Source of the DNA: the human T2T-CHM13v2.0 reference genome, Homo sapiens
Assembly (NCBI RefSeq): GCF_009914755.1
Contig: NC_060931.1
DNA length: 64,000 nt
Reading direction: 5' to 3' (one strand)
The position numbers and the translations under genes are program-made. Positions 58,090 to 64,000 of the stretch are shown here, one piece after another. The number at the start of each line of letters is the position of its first letter. The stretch's first letter is position 1. Below the pieces are notes generated by a model. It was not told the DNA's origin and did not search any database. It saw nothing but the letters and a program-made list of their open reading frames with translations.

Positions 58090-59800
58090 TAGCTCCATCA
58101 TATGATACACGTATGCTCCACTTGGCAGATAATTCTCAATAGATTTCCAAATTGGTTGCACTAAGTAACACGAATGCCAGCAATTGTGTATCTAATTTCC
58201 TATTTTTACACATGCTCAGCAGCAACTAGGTCTTGCCATTCATTCTCGTGTTCACCATTCAGATGGTGTGTCATAGTATTTTATTTTGGTTAAATGTCTC
58301 TGTTTATGAAAGAGGTGTTTATTCGTTTGTTCGTTCTCTTAGTATTCTCTCCTCTGTCCTTTTATGAATTGCTTGTTCAAGTCTGTTGCCTATTGCCTCT
58401 CTTGGGATATACGTCATTTAATTATTGTTGTGAAGTACTTCATTTTATACTTCTGATAAAAGCACTTTTTCATTATATCTAAGGCAAATATCTTCTGCTA
58501 ATCCATGGTTTGCCTGTTCCTTTCAATAGTGTCTATTGATGAACACAAATCCTTGATTTTCATATGCTGCGATTTGTCAGTAATTTCCTTTACAGTTATT
58601 TTTTTCCTAAAAAGGTTTGTCTCAGGATCAAGATGATATTCTTCTAAGTAATCTTCTAGAAACCTTGTTGTTTAGAAAATATTTACATTTATCTTCTCCA
58701 TGTAATTGATTTAGGTATAGAGGTAAATGTTTAAATATTTTTTACATGATTATCCACTTGATCCACCACCATTTACTAAACGGACTCTCCCTCTTCTGCT
58801 CTCAAGTGTCACATATGCCATTAATAAAAATGTCCAGTGGGTGGATCTGTTTCTGGACTCATGAATCTATTAGTGTATTTCCTATCCATGATCTAATATA
58901 ACACCACTTTGATAAATGTCACTTTGTAATACATCTTGGTAATAAGGATTGTAGGCACCCAAGCATTGTTCTTTAGCTTGGGTTTGACAATTTTTGGTTT
59001 TTGGTTCTTTGCACTTTCATATGATTTTAGAATCAGCTTTTCATTTTACATGTACACATGCACACACACACAAATGTTTACCTAGCTTTTCATTAGGATT
59101 TAATTGAAAGTATAAATTAATAAGAGAGAATTAATTTTTTGTAATATTGATCTTTCAGTTTACAAAAATTATATATGTTTCAATTTAGGCCTTTAAATAT
59201 AGTAATGATATATAATTACATATAATAATATATTTTATAATATCTACAATAATATATAATATATAATATGGAATATCTTACAAATATGTTAACATTAATA
59301 TAATATATAATAAATATAAAATATATGCATTATAATATTTAAATATCATTTAATATATAATATAAAATACTTTATAGAATAAAATACATAATAATATATA
59401 ATAATATATTTTGTGTAAGAATCCTGTATATTTGTTTAGATTTGCTTCTATCTGTGTGATGTTTCTTGATGCCATTGTAAGTGATAGAATTTAAAAGTTA
59501 TTTTATAATTGCTGGTATCCAATAATATTGTATCTAGAGACATTGCTAATTTCATGTTTATTCTCATAGCTTACCCATAAATATTTAAGGGAATTACAAT
59601 TATAGTAACATTTTTATTTCTTAATTTAAAATTCTTAAAACCTAATTTCAATTTCTTCTCTTGTAGCACTAACCAGGACCTCCAAAAAAATGTTTAAATT
59701 AGGTGACCTTAATAAGAATTCTTGTCTCATTTCTGAATTCAAGGAGCAAGTGATTCATAGTTTATCATTAAGTATGATAACTCAGGGTTTTCTGTAGTTA
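58090..59800 (-). mobile_element. Ancient L1ME-like antisense fragments with an AT-rich low-complexity tract at ~59190-59410
   Basis: tttccaaattggttgcac..., ctattgatgaacacaaatccttgatttt, gattttagaatcagctt. Confidence 0.7.
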
Positions 59801-60323
59801 TCCTTTGACTTTTAAGGCATCTCCTGGTGTACACATGTATACAACTCCATCCCCTTGAATGTGAGCAAGGCCTGTGAATAAGATCGATTTTCCCTTTACA
59901 TTGGGTCTCTAACCCACACACATGCATCGATCTTTAGTTATTTCTACTTTCTCTCTCTGTGCTTTCACACTGATACCTCTGATTCCATTCCCATAACGCA
60001 GGGCTCACATGAATCTTCCCTTTTCCATATCTGTAACTTCTTTCTCTAACAGTAAAAAATGTGTAAAAAATGTGATTCATCATCTCCAACATATTTACTG
60101 ATTTGTTCAATCCTAGCACACACATAGCTTCAGAATACTAACCTATGCCTTTTTAGGAGATAAATTTACTGGATACAGTATTTCTGTGTAGTTCTTTTTG
60201 TCTTTAGACTCAGAGTATTCAAGCCCAAAACCTGTTTTGCAAGGTTACTTACGTATGTTCCTTCAGTTTAATTATCACTTTTAATGAGGTAAGTTTATGT
60301 TTTTTTAATTTGCTGTTCTTCCT

Positions 60324-61945
60324 AGTTTTATTTGTCAATATGATTTCTCAGGACTTGAGTGTTGTTATAAAGCCATAATCGAGGGTCAAGTGCAAACACT
60401 GGAGTGTGTTACTTTTGGAGATACACTGGCTAGTAAAGAAATGAACTATCAAACCATAAACAGCATTTAAAAGCACAGCATAAATAAATGAGCCTTAAAC
60501 CAAAAATTTATCTGAAAGAAAGAGCATTACATTAAAAAGTTAACAGAGCAGTTGTTCAATATCTGACGTCTAAACATTGGTGCATTAGAGATTCCCATAC
60601 ATAGCATTTTATCTATAATGTAGTTGCTAAGCATGTACAATTGCCAAATCATTATTGCCAAAAACTGTATCAGAGATGCTTGTTTAGAAAAGCTGGGTGG
60701 CCATGCACATTCAGGACATCCTACTGAAGCATAGATACTGCTACCATGGCTGTTCTTTTGGTATGTATTATTTGAACATGATGGTGAAATGAAGGAAACC
60801 TTTTTCCCAGCTTTGATTCTGAAAAATACATCCAATTCTCAATGAGCTAAAGCAACAAAATATCACTTTGTTATCAAATGGGTTTTGGAGTTTAAGTATT
60901 ATGTAGCATATGTTCAAATGACATGGATATATAGAAAAGAAAATATTGTAGGTGGTCAATCAGATTATGGAGCTGTGTCAAAATGTAAATCAACACGGGG
61001 AGATTTTCATTGAGAAAGTTTTGCCATTCATGACAAAAGAAGCTGAACTAAAGAGTGTGCACAGTGCCACAGTAAAATTTGTAAATTTTATAAAGTCTGG
61101 TGCCTGGAATTTTAGATTTTTCTTATTGTGATCTGATAACATAGAAACTGGTTTAAATAAATATTGAATGTTAAACCCTGATAGTTATCACTGGGAACAA
61201 TTTCAAGAATGCTTGAATTATACAACAGGTTATCAGTGTTTCTATAAGAAAGAAGTATAAATAAGTAGATGGGATTGCAAGATATTTTCTGATATCCTTG
61301 ACATCTTTGATGACCTCAATATATCCGTGCCAAGATAGAACATGGTTTTCAATGGAAAATAAGATCAAAGAGCAAAACTAAAAAGCTTTGAAGAACAGAA
61401 TTTCTACAGATTGTCATGACATGTTTTGTAATTTAACAAAAATTTTAGATGAACTCTGTGATGATCTTTATGTTGCATATCTATGAGAAATTGTTAATAA
61501 ACACTATGAATCTGATAGACTCCTTTGAAAAATATTTGTTATCAAAAGAGGATCCAAGGACAAGAAATTTAAGGATGTAGAACTCATTTCTTTCATTGAA
61601 GGATAATTTAAATTTAAGTATGATTTTACCAGGACAATTTGTTTGAACTAGCTACTAATGCATTGAAAATGAATTATGAAATTTTAGCGTACTTTGCTTT
61701 ATTTTTTGGGTAAAAAGTTTTTTTTTAAAGGTCTTTTGCTTACAGAAATTGCTTTAAATTTTATTAACTTTTCCATTCCTTTCAACAAACTTCTGAAAGA
61801 CCATGTAGAGGTTTTTGCGCCAATCAAAAGAACAAAAAACATAAAAAGGTTTATAGGTATATTACTTTTTGTTAATAGCATGTTGTGTATTTTACCTTGA
61901 CTAGATGGATTAACAAACAAGAAAGATGTTCATGGGTCATATAGA
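60324..61945 (+). mobile_element. hAT-Charlie (Charlie10/Buster4-like) transposase relic: BED finger to C-terminal dimerisation domain
   Basis: Translations SFICQYDFS...ECVTFGDTLASKEM..KQHLKAQHK, NCIRDACLEKLG, YVLFEHDGEMKETFF, AELKSVHSATVKFVNFIKS, KNRISTDCHDMFCNL and ILP*LDGLTNKKDVHGSY parallel the recalled SCAND3/ZBED9 transposase domain; many stops and frameshifts. Confidence 0.88.
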
Positions 61946-62235
61946 AACTTTAAATATCAGTGTTTGTTAAAAATTTACATGTATGAATCAATATGGGAAA
62001 GAAAATTTCTATTATAAGTTTTTAGTTACTATCGAACAATGATAAAACGTTACAAGTATGTATACACTTCTCTATATTGACCACCTATAAGCGTAACTGT
62101 CAAGGAACGAGCTGCATACTTGTAATTCTTTTTGTTTCTCTATGTTTTGTTTGGCTGAATTACACTTAATTAAAAGTAAATGTATTTTTATTAAGTAAAG
62201 TCATAAAGTTATAACATCATTTGTATGTCTTTAGG

Positions 62236-62533
62236 TGTTTATTTGTTTGTTTGTTTTGAGATGGATTCTCTGTCACCCAGGCTGAAGTGCAGTGGCGTGA
62301 TCTCGGATGACTGCAACCTCCATCTCCCGATTTCAAGCGATTCTCCTGTCTCAGCTTCCTGAGTAGCTGGGACTACAGGTGCGTGCCACCACGCCCGCCT
62401 AATTTTTGTATTTTTAATAGAGACGGAGTTTCACCATATTGGTCAGGCTTGTCTTGAACTCTTGACCTTGCAATCCGTCTGCCGTGGCCTCCCAAAGTGC
62501 TGGGATTACAGGCATGAGCCACCGTGCCTGGCC
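62236..62533 (-). mobile_element. AluS
   Basis: TSD tgtctttagg (62226-62235 and 62535-62544); tail decayed to (TTTG)n. Confidence 0.95.
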
Positions 62534-64000
62534 CTGTCTTTAGGGTTTTTTATTATTATTATTTTAAAAGAAAATTCTTTTTATTATTCCACTAATTCCT
62601 TTGTATTGTATTTTATAAATTATCAGTCCAAAATAGATGGGAAATAAAAGCAAAAATAAAATTAAAAACAATAACAACAACAAAAAAATCCCCAAACAGC
62701 TTTACTTTAATATAGATGGTTTGAGAAAATAAGTAAGGCCTTTCTTATCATGGCATGGCATTTAATTTTAGATCTGACATCTGATTTTGTCATTGCACTG
62801 TCAACAGAAAAAGTGAAGGGAGAAGGTTCTGAACAGACCCACCCACTAATCTGGCTCACAGTTTCTGGCTGAAACTGACTGTTAACGGCAAACGTTACGG
62901 CCTAATATCGAAGCACAAGTTCTACCTCAGGCCGGGTTCCTCAACATTCATCACTGAGAGATTCAGGCAAGAGGGAGATAAGTTCAAGAGGACAGCCATT
63001 CTCCCAGGTACCTCAGTGCTGGCTGAAGGCTCTCAGCCCTCCTGTGGCCATTAACTATCCATGGGACATATGGAATATTTGCACTCTCTGGGCCTTTCTG
63101 TGTTTGTCTGTGCCAATTGTTCTAGTTACTGTCTGCTGAACTGATGTTCGGCATTTGTCAAAGATATAATTTATTCTGGCAAAGGGGGAGATGAGGAACT
63201 GGGGACAAAAAGAATGACAGAGTCCAACCAAGTAAGACAACATAATTTACTCTCAGGAACTAAGAATGTCAGGTGTGATTCCTGCCTTTGGTTTTTCTAA
63301 ATTGCATCTTCTCTGTAAAGAAAATGATTAAAGACCTGTGTTGGATTCTCTTATTCTATAATATTTGCCTTATCCCCCAAATAGTCATACTGGAACCTGT
63401 ATTACTATTGGTTCCAGTATTAGAGACCTAATCTCAAACCTGTTTTCTTAAATTTTCCCTTTGCTCATTTTACTAGGTTATTCAGCCATCTGACATTGTT
63501 GTATTGTTGTTTTAATATTAGTGACAGTGATAAGTAGACTATGCCACATCTAATATATAAAATTAATCTAGTACAAATGCACAGAATGCAAATATCCCTA
63601 GATTATTCTTTGCTTCTGGTGAAGAATCTATACTTCATTTTAATTCGTGCTTTCAAAAATGCTTTTAAGCTTAGTTGTGATTTATTTTATTGTGTTTTTT
63701 TATATACTTCCAGGAGTTGCATCTTCATCTAGTATTTGAAATGATAATTTATAGGGGAAATCATTCAAGATAACATGTTCCAGAAGGAAAATACGCCCTG
63801 CTGTTGTTCCAGCTCCTTAAATCATGTTTTACCTAGTCTAATAAGAAGGCTAATTTGCCTTGGAAAGAGCAAATGTGTTTGCTGCAAAGCAGGTTTTTTA
63901 TTTCCAGGTAAGATAAACGTCAGGCTAAAGAACAGAAGTATAGCATTCCTAGATTTTAATGTCTAAAAAGGGAGATTTGAAGCACTACAAAATGACATTC

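Noticed and set aside
60324-61945. The SCAND3/ZBED9 gene itself
   Set aside because: Numerous stops and frameshifts, an internal deletion, and no SCAN or integrase-like exons nearby.

Overview
Repeat-dense, AT-rich primate (very probably human or ape) intergenic or intronic DNA. I cannot support any intact host protein-coding gene, RNA gene or CRISPR array; most ORFs in the track are chance or transposon-derived. The window is a stack of transposable-element fossils: (1) a 3'-truncated class I (ERV1) provirus with decayed pol and the N-terminus of an env (1-2500, +); (2) two solo LTRs, MER50-like (5912-6494) and another ERV1 LTR with a perfect 4-bp TSD (8899-9520); (3) a complete THE1B-type MaLR nested in MER2, itself nested in an old L1MA (20.4-24.7 kb); (4) L1s of many ages, including a young 5'-truncated L1PA2/3 and a near full-length L1PA13-like copy, plus about 11 Alus and MIR/L2 pieces. 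The two least obvious elements were found by manual translation: a very old ERV-L-class gag-pro-RT-RNaseH-IN internal region on the minus strand (~52.9-57.05 kb) and a near full-length hAT/Charlie (Buster4/SCAND3-like) BED-transposase relic on the plus strand (~60.3-61.95 kb). I did not find a convincing undescribed functional system. Family and subfamily names come from recalled consensus sequences and need RepeatMasker/Dfam confirmation.
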